64,000 nt of DNA from Zygnema circumcarinatum SAG 698-1b (Eukaryota; Plantae; Zygnematophyceae). A model generated the notes under the pieces. It saw nothing but the letters and a program-made list of their open reading frames with translations. It was not told where the DNA came from and made no database searches. The stretch is taken from contig CM074809.1 of the NCBI GenBank assembly GCA_037447605.1, positions 3,090,689 through 3,154,688 of the forward strand. Direction: 5' to 3'. The stretch's first letter is position 1; each line of letters starts with the position of its first letter. Made by a program: the position numbers and the translations under genes. Below, piece after piece: positions 14,301 through 27,100 of the stretch.

Positions 14301-17300
14301 TTAAGGTATTTTGAGGTCTTTACAAACTGCGTATTGTCAAGTAGTAGTTGTAACACGACAGATAGATGGGGCCCTTTGGCCGTTTTAATTCCTCCCACGT
14401 TGCCGCTCCCACAGAAACACAATAGGCTTTTAGTATTTTTCGATGTTATGCAGTTTTTGCATAACTGTGTTTTCTACAGAACTGTTTGGTAAAGCAGTTT
14501 AAGATGTCCTGATCGGCAATTTTATTGATGGATACAGATTCAGTATCCCGGTCTGGAGAAGCAGGTAGAAATGGATCTCAGGACGATGGCTGTTCTGTCG
14601 AAGGCTGTAACCTGGGTATGTTCTGAACCTAACATTTGAATTCCTTTGTACGAACGGCTTTTTTCCATGAGCGACATGAAAATTAAATGTTGATGAAAGG
14701 ATAGTAGTTTTTGATTAGTTTAGGAACATGAAAATACTTGTTTTTTAAGGCCCCTTTAGTTCGGCGAAAGGAGAAGTTTTTCTGGCTTTTCTTAACTGGG
14801 CAAAGAAAATTTTATGATTCAATAACTCCTTCACATAGAAAGGGGATTCCTGTTCCTGACTGCACTTCACATTGACTTGCAACTCTTAGCCGCAGTATCA
14901 GCTGAATGAGGAAACTGATGTTTTGTGTCCCTTGTACTATGGTTTGATTTGAATTTTCTGCAGCTATTCCCGGACTACAAATTCGAGTGGATCGTGCCAC
15001 AGTTTGAGGAGAATCTTGCGCAACAGCTAGGTTTGTACCTTACTTCAGAGAGTATGAGAGATGGGAGAGGACCTTTTTCCCTTCTTTATCCTCGTCCCTT
15101 TCCCTTTCAGTGTTTGGTTGAGAGAGAGAGAGTGAAGGGAACGAGTAGGAAAGAGTTGGTAAAGTCATGCCTCTAAATTTTTAATGAATGAAAGCAATAT
15201 CTCTTCCGAGGCTTATTTTTATGACACCGTTTGGAATAGCAAGTGGATATCACGATTACCTAAAGAAATATGTGTTTAGGATAGGGGTGTTTGGTATTTG
15301 GCAAAATCATTGAGATATGGGTTTGTCGTCTTCACAGATTTTCAACTCGAAGGCGCGAATGCAGAACGTACAGCCAAAAACTTTGAGCACAAGAAGGCTC
15401 TGAAGATTCCGAAGATTTTTTGGGTGAGTTGTTGTGATATTGTGTTGTGATAGTTGTGATATGCCGGTCACTGAAAGGTGTAAATGTTAGTCTTGGACAG
15501 TCAAGCATTGTTAAGGCCAAGCAATCATGATCTCGATTGTGGCTTAATGAAGCATAGGCACAATTTGGGTTGCAGGGTTTGACATCTAAGCGGGTCCTTA
15601 CTATGGAGTTCATGCATGGCTGCAAGGTAAGGGCTGCTTTCTACTTGTAGTCACTTCTTGCCGACCTACTGCTGGGCTCTATAGTACGGCGATAACTCAA
15701 AGTAGCTTCTGCTTTCGGTGGAGGCTTTATTGGAGCCAATCAAAGGATTCAGGGAATCGAAAAGCATGTCATTTGGGATTAGGGCAATTTTCTTCTTGTT
15801 GTTAACTGACTTAGATTGTGAAAATTGATGCCTCATGTGCTACTTTCTGGAGAGTCAGGCACCACTTCTCACTTGCAATTGACACTTCTCTCTCCCTTCT
15901 CACTTGCATTCTTTTAATGTCTCAGGTGGATGATGTTGAAGGAATTAGAGCGCAGGGCTTGGATCCAAATCAGGTATGTGATCAATGTGGTTACCAGCTG
16001 GTAGTCATTCTGTTCCTTCAGCTGCTAAAGGCAATTCAGGGGACAACTGTAGCCAACTTTAGTTTCAATTACTAATTGCTTTATAGCCAGTTCCATTGTA
16101 TTTGCAAAGCTTCAAACGATTGAACTCTCTAGCTTAGCTATGTATAGCCAAACTAACAGGTGTGAAACGAGACACAAGCGCCTTTTAGTTCGGCATAAAC
16201 TCATGTGATGATGGACACATGTCTCGACTCGGTGATGTTAATTGTGTTGTTGAGTCTCTAAAACGGAAGACTTTGTCAAATCCCTTACCTTTCCAATATG
16301 CACAATGACTCTATAGAGTAGACCTGATTGCGCCTGAACTCTTTCCCAGTTATAGGCTTTTCCCTTCGTGTTGATTCAATGTTTCAATATGTATGGTGGG
16401 TTCTGCAGGTAGCAGATATGCTTGTGGAGGTATTTGCAGAGATGGTTTTCTGCCATGGATATGTGCATGGGGACCCACACCCAGGGAATGTGTTGGTGAA
16501 GGCCACCAATCATGAAAGACACAATTTTGATCTTGGTAGGCTAACATTCTCGTCTCTGTCTGACACCTATCGGATGCATGCATTGCAATGCTACTTTTTC
16601 AGAAACTGCATTTTTTGGAGATCCTGTTCGAGAAGATTCTCAGACCTCACGCAGTTAATCGATCTTTTTCCTTCTCTCCAGGACAGACATTGCGATCTCT
16701 GGAATTTTCTCTTCTCCAAATTGATTAAGAAAGTAGGTCTTGACAGTATTTCAGTTGTGGTGGGGCTCTCTGTGTGATGAAACGATGCAGTTCTACTCGA
16801 CCATGGTCTGTACAGGGAACTGGAAGACAGTTTCCGGAGAGATTTTTGTCGTTTATGGAGAGCCCTCATCTTAATGGACTCTGCGGGAGTGCGAACAATG
16901 GGAGAGAAGTTGGGAGCAGGTCATTACTACCGCTACCTGCCTGTCCTATTCACGGGAAGGCCGGCAAACAGGTGCAAAACTAAGGTTCCTTTTGCAACTG
17001 TTAGCTGCGCATATTGTTTTTGTGTGTTGTTGGTTTTCTTAGGATTACGGTTTCACGGTTTCCATGTGCGAAACAAACTTAACAGCGTTCTGTTGGTTGG
17101 CACTGAGCAGCAAGGCGGCCTTTGGCCAGGGGATGACTCCTGACGAAGTGCGAGTACTGCGGGCAGAAGTGAAGCAGTTTTCGGTGGGAGATTTGAGTGC
17201 AGTCATTGGGGGCTTGCCCAAAGATTTGTTCATTGTGATGCGGACAGAGTGAGTAGATCCATAATGTCAAGTCTACAATGGCAGGCAGCCAATGACAAGA

Positions 17301-18787
17301 CATCACACCTGCCTGTGCATGGCCGGTCTCTAGTCCTGCATCTAGTTTTTGCCAGAGTAGTCTTGAAAGGGGGAAATAGATACAGTTGTAACACTGAATA
17401 TCACAGGCATAATGGAGCTGTATACAATGTTAGGAACTAATATGCTTTCATGGAGGCTCCATGGGGCAGATGACCAGTATCTTGTCCACTACACGTTACA
17501 AGAAAGTTAAAAGTACTGTACCTTATCCGTGATTGTGAAAGCTGTTTCCTGACGTTATCGGTTGCTTGCTTCTTTCTTCTGTTGTCTGTGCAGTAGTTTA
17601 GTGCGGCAAATAATCGCAAAGCTCGGGGCCGCCCCCCGGCAGCGACTCGTCACGAATGCGAAGTATGCCGTCACCGGATTGGCCCTCCGACATCGCGGCG
17701 AGCCGGGTGGGTAGGGGGAGCATGCCAAGGGTTGGTTTAAGGGTTGGTTTAAGGGTTGGTTTAATGGCTGGTTTAAGGGTTGGTTTAAGGATTGGTTTAA
17801 GGGTTGGTTTAAGGGTTGGTTTAAGGGTTGGTTTAAGGGTTGGTTTAAGGATTGGTTTAAGGGTTGGTTTAAGGGTTGGTTTAAGGGTTGGTTTAAGGGT
17901 TGGTTTAAGGGTTGGTTTAAGGGTTGGTTTAAAGAAAAGGAGCGGCAGAAGCAGGGGGGGGGGGAGTCATGCAACACATTGGAGGAGGGAGGGGAAAAGG
18001 CACCTTGAAGTCCGCACAGTTTATTCTTCACAAGTGGTGCACTATGAGAGACAAGTTTGATTGCGCCAGCTTCTGACTGTCTCTTTTCTAGAGTCTGATC
18101 ATATTGCTATTCAAGCACTTGTTGTAGGAGTTGCATGGTTTCAGGTTCGACATATCAACACGAAAGTTCCTTGACGAACAAGCTAGAGACTAGAACCTCT
18201 ACGCAGAAGGAGACCAATGCCACTGGGAGTTGTTTAGAACTGTGTCTGGAAACTGTGTTGATACTTCGAATCGCATTTGTTGAACAAAGCGTTTGGTCGC
18301 TATGAGGGCTGCAGACTTGTGGAGACAAGGAGTGGTGGCGATGGTGCGGGCCAACTTTGATTGCATGCACCTCTTGCTCCGCCTTGGTGAGTTTCCTTTT
18401 GGAGTCACAATAGTTCTGCTCACACCGGACACAGAGATAGGGGAAAGTCATCAAGCAAGGGCTGTCGGATCACCTCATTGTGAGCTGCAAGGGTGTTCAA
18501 AGTCCACGTGCTGCAGCTGTTCAGCCCATTGGTCACCTTCCCGCTCTTCTCTTCTTCTTCTTCTTCCTTCCTGCTCTTTCTTCTTCCCTCTCCTTCTCTC
18601 TTCATCTTTGTAATGTGTGCATGCACCATGTGATGCAGAGGTGTGGAAGCTGATGTATCAGCTGCGACTAGCATGGGAAGCAGTCACAGAAACAGTGCTG
18701 TCCACCGGCAGGATACTTCTGTTTTGGTGGGCGCCTGCAGGCAGCTCCTCTAGTAAACCGGGCAAGCCCGCTTTGGCCGGCCTATGA
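11385..18787 (+). CDS. ABC1/UbiB (AarF/ADCK1-like) atypical kinase, probably organelle-targeted
   Basis: Exons encode GIYIKAGQF...[22 protein letters not shown]...VAVK|[37 protein letters not shown] and VLLDHGLY. The last exon ends ...GKPALAGL* at 18787. The N-terminus is Arg/Ala/Leu-rich like a presequence. Confidence 0.92.
17727..17932. repeat. Intronic minisatellite (AAGGGTTGGTTT)n, about 17 copies
   Basis: Near-perfect 12-bp tandem array starting about 20 nt after a splice donor (near 17707) of the ABC1 kinase gene. Confidence 0.92.
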
Positions 18788-19156
18788 CAACGGCTGCAGA
18801 ATGTAGGACACGCGTGAATTGCGAATAAGGCGAGCTGTAGTGCTTGGCTGAGCTTGGAGATGCCACGGCAAGATAGATAGATCCATCCGCAGCATGTGGC
18901 AGTCTTGGGTCTTGTAGGGGTCCCTCATTTCAGTTGCGCGGTATTGCTAGGTTGGTCCTTTTGGGACCTACTTTGTATGGGTTGGTTGCCAGTGAATCCT
19001 TTGTATATGAGGCTTTATCTTGTCTATTGGAAGCTCGTCTCCTTTTGAAATATGGTACCGTATGGACCTGTTTATCTTTAAGAAGTGGCGGATTGGAAGT
19101 AGTGCTGAAAAAAATGGACTGAAAGTGGAGAGATTTGTCACAAAAGTGAAACATGA

Positions 19157-19640
19157 CATGTACGGAACTATACGGATATCCGTTTATTTTCGTACAATGT
19201 GTACGGTTCCGTATATCGGCATGTAACTGTCAGTAACTGTCATAACGACGACGTCCCAGGGTCGGTAAGTTCCAACCGCCGACGAGGGGAGATCTTTGTC
19301 TTATCTGTTCGTTTTTTGTTTTTAATTCTGCACAGATTTTCTAACGGCCAAAATGGATGGATGCTTCAGGACAACCAAAAAAAAAAATGCCTTCAAATAT
19401 TAAAATAGTTTTTTAATGGCCTATATCTGCAGTTTTTTATACGCATTCAGAAACGTAAAAGGAAGCGCTTCGAGCGACGACGAAAAAACGTTTTGCTTTT
19501 TAGCCTCAACGACGCTTACAAATATGGTCCGTACGGCAGCTTCCATCCGTACCAACCCGAAAAAAGTACGGTACGATTCTGTACAGTACGGTAGGGATAC
19601 GCTGTACGGATTTGGTCCTACCGTACATGACGGCCGTACA
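19157..19640. other. Intergenic CGTAC/GTAC-rich segment (decayed mobile element or SBP-site cluster)
   Basis: 12 GTAC cores counted in about 480 bp, 11 in CGTAC/GTACG context; bounded by a 9-bp inverted repeat CATGTACGG/CCGTACATG; no TSD found. Confidence 0.45.
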
Positions 19641-20119
19641 ACACACGTCCCGCCGGCGGTCCCTGGCTATGCCGCGCATTGCCACGTGGCGGACAGTTGG
19701 CCGACTTTAAGGTCTGGCAGCCATGGCCGCTGTCAAGGAAGCTGCTGCTCGATCCTTCCTTTGTCCGTGAGGGGAGAGTGTATGTGTATGGATATACTTT
19801 AATTTCACAGATATTTGAGCTGTTTCCTTGTTGGAAAGAATGAAGGGACGAAGGTGAAGGGGTGCGGTGGTCGTGTGAGTGGAAATGTCCGGGATGGCCC
19901 ACATTGAGGCGGAGAAGAGATCATGAAGTCTGCTTCTTTTGGGAGCAGAGAGAGAGTATGGAATGTGATGTGTAGCACGATCTTCAGGGATTAGCCGCTG
20001 TGGAGTAAGTAAGCAGCGGCAGGTAAAAAGTGAGGTGGAGAGAGAGAGAAGAGGGGAGGGGGAAGGGGAGGGGGTGAACCCCTGAGTGTAACTCTGGTGA
20101 CAGGAGAGAAAGAAGGAAA

Positions 20120-23100
20120 ATGGATGCCCGGGGAAATCGCCGACCAGTGCCACAGCGGCCGCTACTGTTCCCCGTGCTCTTCGTCTCAGCAGGAGCGCTT
20201 CTGATAACAGTGAGTAGCTTATTTTAACTTGCTTGTGTATTTAATGCATGCATGGCATAGGATAACAGCATTGCATTGTTCACTTGACAATTCTAAGCAG
20301 AGCGTGTCCGTTGCCAGCTGGAGGAGCTGGTAACAAAGGATCAATATCAATAGACCTAGTTGCTGAGATGATCTATATCTCTGCTTTGGCAGCAGGCGCG
20401 GACGGAAGTTAATTGGGACCTATCATTGAAAATGTGAACCAGTTTCCTCGTGCAGACAGTAAATATGCACTGCAGATGAAGGCTTTAGTGATGAAGACTC
20501 AGTATTAAGGAGTGTTTTCAACTGCAAACAAATTTTCAAGAGGAAAAAATTCGCGTCAGCCTCAGTTCGAATGCATGCCCATAGTCACACTATCTTTTAC
20601 AAAACAGCTTCTTGGTTTCAGTTGAACTTCCTGGGAAAATGGCTTGTCCGTTTCACCTCGCACTATGAAGCAACGACAGTCACAATCGGGAGCGCCATAA
20701 ATTTTCCTTTTGTAATGCACTGGAGTTTATTCAGGAGATCCAATTCTAAAGAAGAATCAGGGGAAGAAATTAATGTTAGGGCTCTTTGAACTTTATAATC
20801 CTACTCATGCCAAACCTCTGTCAGGACAAAGTGTTCAACACATTTATTTTGAACTATGGCAGCGGTTCATACTCAATCGCATGCCGTTAAACTACAATAA
20901 TCAGAGAACTCGAGATCCATCTCTCTGCCTTTCTTCAATTCTCCAAATATTTCTCTTTTTCCTCAACTCTCTCTTCCTCTAGCATTTGCGCTGTTTCAAA
21001 GAAAATTGAGAAATTAAATCTCCGGAAGCACAAAAAGTAATTGTCGAGTGAATAAAACTAATTAATCAAGTTAAAAATGAGCTAGTAGAAAAGCGAGAAA
21101 GCTTAATATCCTTGCACTTCCTAACCCTGTCTCTTTTCCCTGCCCTCCTCACTTTGTCTCCCCCTCCTTATCCTGCCCGCACCTCCCCAAGAATCTCCTC
21201 AACAATCTGACTGTATTTCGCCCTAATAAATCCACTTCTGTTATCGTAAGGAATCAGGAATGTGGATAATGATGCAGGGCTTTTTGTGTCGCGTTTTATG
21301 GGGCAGTATGTTTTGCTGGGTAGACACCTCCGCAGCTTCGACAAAGTGGCAGATACTTTGGCACAAAGGTGAGAACTGCATTCACAAATGCAAAGTAACT
21401 TGTTCTATTTAAGGCTCCTGGCATTGCTTCTCATAGTGACTGCCCGGAGGTTGTCCAGTTGTCCACTTGTCCAGTTTTAGAAAAACTACAATCCAAGTCC
21501 AAGTTTTAGAAATGGCTTTATAAGAGCTTCAATTGTCAACCCATGAAGCAGTCCAGGACGTTGACTTCCTCTGTTGCTGAAGCTCGAATTGGTAAAGAAG
21601 AGCCTCTTGTACGTGGCAGCATATGGTATTGATGAATTTAGCGGGTTTAAAGCAGTCAAGTCTCATTCAAGGAAGACATATTTCTTTGAGTGAGACATTG
21701 CTTTTTTAAAGGGGGGTTCGTTACTGTGACGTTTCGAAAGTGGGCGCTCTCATCAGTTGTCCCTTTCAAGTCCGGGATCTCCTTTGCTTAACCTCTTCTT
21801 CAATGATTGTGCAATGTCTGCCAGAACGATTTTCCATCAATAAATTTCTCTACCTCCAGAAGCTAGGACGTCGTTTTTTGTAATGAAAGCCTGCTGTGCA
21901 ATCAGAACAGCTTCGACGAAACCGTTAAGCACGATAGAATTTGCTGTTGTCTTGAAAAGTTAAACTACATGAAATTTTGATCAGAGGGATCAGTTGTCTG
22001 TACGAAACTGTCATGTTTTACCATAGTGTCAGTCTTCCCGTGTGGCCAACGACGAGAGAAAACAATACTTCAATGTAAACAATTCAAATTGTACACTATC
22101 TGTGGCTTCAATTGTGGCTAATCAAAAGCTCGAGTTGAAGAGGTTCACGGGAATTATGTCCTGTAGTGGTAATGGAAGTCAGCGGTCGACACATTACGAT
22201 ATGCCCTCCTTGTTTTTTCCTTGTTTCCTTTACGGGCGTAGGGGTTCTTGTTCATAGGAAGCTCAATCTATAGTGCATTGTTCATTCCATCTCGCCTGTT
22301 CTTAAAGACAACCTGCAATGCGCCCAAGGGCCCCCCCTTCTGTAGTTCTGTATCAGCAGACTTCTTGTTTTTGCAATTTTTTCTCTCAGCTCTCCAACTT
22401 CAGCCCAACTTTGCCCCTCTCCCACACAACCCAAACACAGCTCAGCTCTCATCCATGTGCGGCCTTCTGTTCTCCCGCAACTCTAGCTCCCTCTTTCGTC
22501 TCAACCTCCACTCCTCACATTGACCCCACTCTCCCTCCCTACCTCCCTCCCTCCCTCCCTCCCTCCCCCTCCGCCCTCCTCCCCTTTTACAGAATGGAGG
22601 CAGAAGCAGTAGCCCGAGCGGCCAGCATGCAGGCTGTTCTGTCTGCCATCAGGAACCAATCAGAGAGCTTCACCAGCAGTTTCGAGGAGAGGTCAGAGAT
22701 GCAGATTTTGCAGATAAGTAGGCTTTCAAGGGAGCTCCGAAACCACTCCCGATTGGTGGCGGCAGCAATGGAGGCACAGGGCGACCTGCGCAGCGCAGAG
22801 ATCAGATCGCTGGCGAGGGATGTGCGCTTAGCGCTGCAGGCACAACCGCAGGATGGACAAGCCATGGGAAAGATCATGGAGCTTTTTGATAATCAAACTC
22901 GCTATTCCGTAGCTTCTTTACGGGCTGGGGTGAGTAAGGGGGGGAACTGTGGTAGGTTTCTGGTGGAAAACTGGGAGGGAGGGTAGTGCGGGTTGAGGTC
23001 TGTTGGACAGAGCATTTTTTGTTAGTTTTTTGTTTCTTTTTCCTTGCTGATTTTGCTCGGTAATTCTGTCCCTGCAGAGGAGGTTGGAAAAAAGCATTGT

Positions 23101-24159
23101 GGAGGTCCTGACGATGATGCGAGACATATCGGACTCAAGAACTGAATCGCAGGTGGGCACCCTCCCAATAAGAGACGACGGCTATATATAGGCTGTGGAA
23201 AAACATTCACTTACGGAATACCTGAATCCACCCGTCTTCACCTTGGGGGCAGGACGAAAGGAACATCTGACAGTCACTCTAAGATGATCATCCTCTTATG
23301 TTGGTCACATTATGACAAATTTCCGTTCTCTGGCTGAGCTTGTACCTCTCTCGCTGTTGCCCGCCCTCTTGCAGTCCTCCGTGGATAAGACTCTGCAGGA
23401 GATGCTCTCCGCCATGAGGAAGCACACTCAGATTCAAGAGGCTGCCCAGGTCCATTTCCTCCCCTCTTTTTTATCGTCCTTTCTTCCTTTCCTCAACTTA
23501 CCTAGCTTCTTCTCTCTCTTTCCTCCGCTCTCGCTCGTTTTTTCTCCTTCTTCACACCCCTTCCACTCTCACAATTTCTCTCCTCTCGATTCCCTTTCTC
23601 TCCTCCTTACGTCTTCTGTCTCTCCCCTCCACCCTTCTCTCGTCTACTTTCCCTTCTTTCTTTCTCTTCCCCCTCTCTTCCCTCCCATTCTCCTTTTCTG
23701 CCACTTCATTTCTTTTTCTTTTCTCTTTCTCGCTTCTCCTCTATTCCCCTCTTGATCTCGTCTACCTTCTCTCTCTTCTCCTCTCTCCTCATTCAGGCTG
23801 CATTTCCCCTTTACTATACCTCCATTTGACTTCGATCGCTGGTTGGTTCAGGAAACACTCGATGCCCTGTCTGCCCTTTTGACAAATCAGCAAGCAGGCA
23901 GTGGATCGACTTCGACTTCTACTGAGGAGCAGGTATTTTCCTTCGTTCAGCACTTCAAACCCTTTTCCTGGTCGATAGTGTAAGGAAGAGAGTAAACTCC
24001 CTTCGCCATCTCCTATTCTCTCTATCGTTTTGAGGCTTTCACTGCAACCATTAGTTTCGGCCAGTCACATTCGAGCAGTTTTGTCCCCTTGCTGGAAGAA
24101 AGCAGCATGCAGAGAGTGAGAGAGAGAGGGGGGGGGGGGAGAGCGAGAGAGAGAGAGAG

Positions 24160-24195
<36 letters not shown>

Positions 24196-27100
24196 CTAAA
24201 CCGATGGGCTGTGGGCCTGCAGGAGAAGATCCACGCTGTGCTGAAGGCTCTCGTCGCGCATTTGCGGAACCAAGATCGAGGAGGGGAGGGAGGCTCGGCT
24301 CCGCAGGTAGAGGCACTCACATGTTTCGTTTTAAAGAAATGGAACTCTAAACGAGAGATTGTTGTCTTCGTGACTTCTTAAGGCGTCAAGGTTCCAAGAG
24401 AATGTCATTTGCCTTCCTTTCATCGAAAGGAGCAAATTTCAGCTTGATGGCATGTCCATCCTCTGCTCTCTGCTGGAGGCACAGCAGCATACTGCGCAAG
24501 ATAACCCTAAACTTCGTAGAACAGCTCAGATGAACTCTAACCCTAACCCTAACCTTAACCCTAACTGACCCTAATCCTAACACTAACACTACCCTAACCC
24601 TAATTGTAACCGTAACTATACCCCTAACCCTAACCCTAATCCTTTCCTAACCCTAACCCTAACACTAACCTAACACTAACCTAACCTAACCTTAACCCTA
24701 ACCCTGGCCTAATCCTAATCCTAACCCTAGCCTTAACTCTAACCCTGACCCTAACTCTAACCCTAACTTTAACCCTCCCCAACCCCAACCCCAACCTGAC
24801 CTAACCCTAACCCTAATCCTACCTCTTAACCCTAACCATAACTCTGGCTCTAAACCTAACTCTGACTCTAACCCTAACCCTGTCCCTAACCTTAAACCTA
24901 ACCCTAACTCTAAGCATAACCCTAACCCTAACCCTGACCTAACCCTAACCCGAACCCGAACCCTAATCCTGACCTAACCCTGACCCTAACTCTCCTCTAA
25001 CCTTAACTCTAACCCCAACCTTAACCCTAACACTGACCCTAACCCTGACCCTAACTCCGACACCAACCCAAACCCTAACCATAACCATAACCCTGAAATG
25101 AAGAGATGCGAAAGCGGGGACGAGGAAGTCGGTTTCCGGAATGGTTTCTGACATTCGGATGGGTTTCAGCTGGAGGCGGTCATCACTCTGCTGCGCAACC
25201 AAACCTCCATGGACAGCGTGGCGAGGGAACTGCGCTTTCAATCGGACAGCATCAGCAGGTTGCGGGAGAGGCTTCTCAACATGGAAGCGAAGCTCCCTAC
25301 ACTCACTGACCTTGCCAACCTGAAGAGGGCAGAGAGAGGAGCGGGAGAGGGAGAGGGAGAGGAGGGAGTAGGAGGGCAGGAGAATGGATTAACCCCAGAG
25401 CTCCAAGGAGCGATCATAGGCCTTCTCCAGGAGGTGCGCAAGTTGACGGTGCAGATGGCAGAGGTGCGTGAGAAAGTAACAGCCATGGAGGGGGAGACAC
25501 GTGGAGATTTTCAGGCGAGTGGAGGGCAAGGGTCCGGCTCGGTGCTTCAGACGCTTCTGCTCGTGCTAAGGAATCAGACACGTCTGCTTTCCTCTCTTGA
25601 CTTGAGGGTGAATGCGCTGGAAAAGAAGCTCGGAGGAAGTAGTGGAGAAGGAGAGGCACTGAGTGTTAACCAGGTTGAGGAAGGGAAGAAAATGGACGGG
25701 GATGGGGAGAATGTGGGAGAGAAGGACGGAGCGGGGGAGAAGGAGGGGGAGACGGAGGTGGAGAAAGTGGGCCAGAAGGACGCGGAGGAAAAGAGAGAGA
25801 AAGAGGGAGAGGTGGGGCAGGAAAAAGGGGAGAACGAAGCAGGAACGGAGCGGGAGAAAGAGGTGAAGGTGGCTGCTGCTTTGTCGGGCATGACGGGTGA
25901 TGATCCCAGGATGACTGACGTTTCAGGTGGGCTGAAGAATGACGGCACCAGCTTGGGCACTTCTTGGATGAACTCAGGAGAAAGAAAGCGAGAACGAGAG
26001 AGAAAAAGAGAGCGTAAGAGCGAGAGTGAGAGAGAGAGAAAACGTATATGAAAACGTTCATGTTTTGAACATTTTCATATTCCTGAGGCGAGGGTGGAGG
26101 GAGAGGGTGGAGCAGATGCCGGGTCGTGGAGGCAGCGGCAGCTGGCGGGAGGCCCTCCGTACATGCGGTTCAGGTGAGGGGCGGGGGAGACTGCCCAGTC
26201 CCAGCTTTCGGACGGAGGGCAACCTGCAACAGCTGCTCTCTCTCTCTCTCCCTCTCCCTCTCCCCCTCCCTCTCCCTCTCCCTCTCCCTCTCCCTCTCCC
26301 ACTTTTTTTTCCTTTCTCTCTCTTTCTCTCTTCCCCCCTCCCCTCCTCTCCCCTGCCCCCTCTCCCTTTCTCTTTCGTCCTCCCCCCCTTCCTCCCCTCC
26401 GTCCCTCCCCCCTCTCTGTCTCTCTCTCTCTCTCCCCTCGCTCTTGCTCCCTAGGCATGCGTGCTACCAGGCTGACAAGAAGAACAGGCGGCTCGTCCCT
26501 TCTGCCTTGCAGCGGCTACCGCGTGAACGCAGCGACCATGGCGTCCGTCGGCGTCATCGTAACGGGGGAGGCCTTCGCAGTGGAGAGCTGCCAGTGAGTC
26601 TTCGCAAGGCTTGGGTGCAGGAGAGACTGTGAGAGTGATGGGAGAGAACTTGCTCTCCTGAAAGCATTTTTCCTCTGTAAGCCATGACAATTGAAGGAAG
26701 GACATGAACTGTATGAGTCGTTTTATCGAAGTTGTTTCGTCTTGGGCGCAGTTGGGTGGGCCGTGGGAGTACAATGGCAGGGACTCCGGAGACTTTTCTG
26801 GCTGGGAAGGAGGAAAATAATAACTTCGTAGTGGTGGTTATTCACTGTACCCTTCCTGCCGACGTGCCTTCAGAAGGGGGGTACCTAGTGGCATCCATTG
26901 GCAGCAAGGAATTCACGCTCTACAGGCGAGTTGTTTCTTTCTTCTTCTTTAGACACTCTCACAGCATAGTACTCTGAAAAGTCTGCGTTTGTCTTGAGAA
27001 TATCCAAAGGAACATTTTGTGGTTGACATGTCCTGAGCTCTCATGTTTGTCCTTCTGCCACGGCTGCCTCTGCAGAGAAGAAATTGGAGAGTTTGTACCT

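Noticed and set aside
17555-18060. ORFs with (NQPL)n and (VGLR)n
   Set aside because: Translations of an intronic 12-bp minisatellite.
19157-19629. Calling the GTAC-rich block a defined MITE
   Set aside because: The inverted repeat is only 9 bp and there is no target-site duplication; kept only as a motif cluster.
24533-25093. True chromosome end
   Set aside because: The array is degenerate and lies between in-frame exons of one gene.
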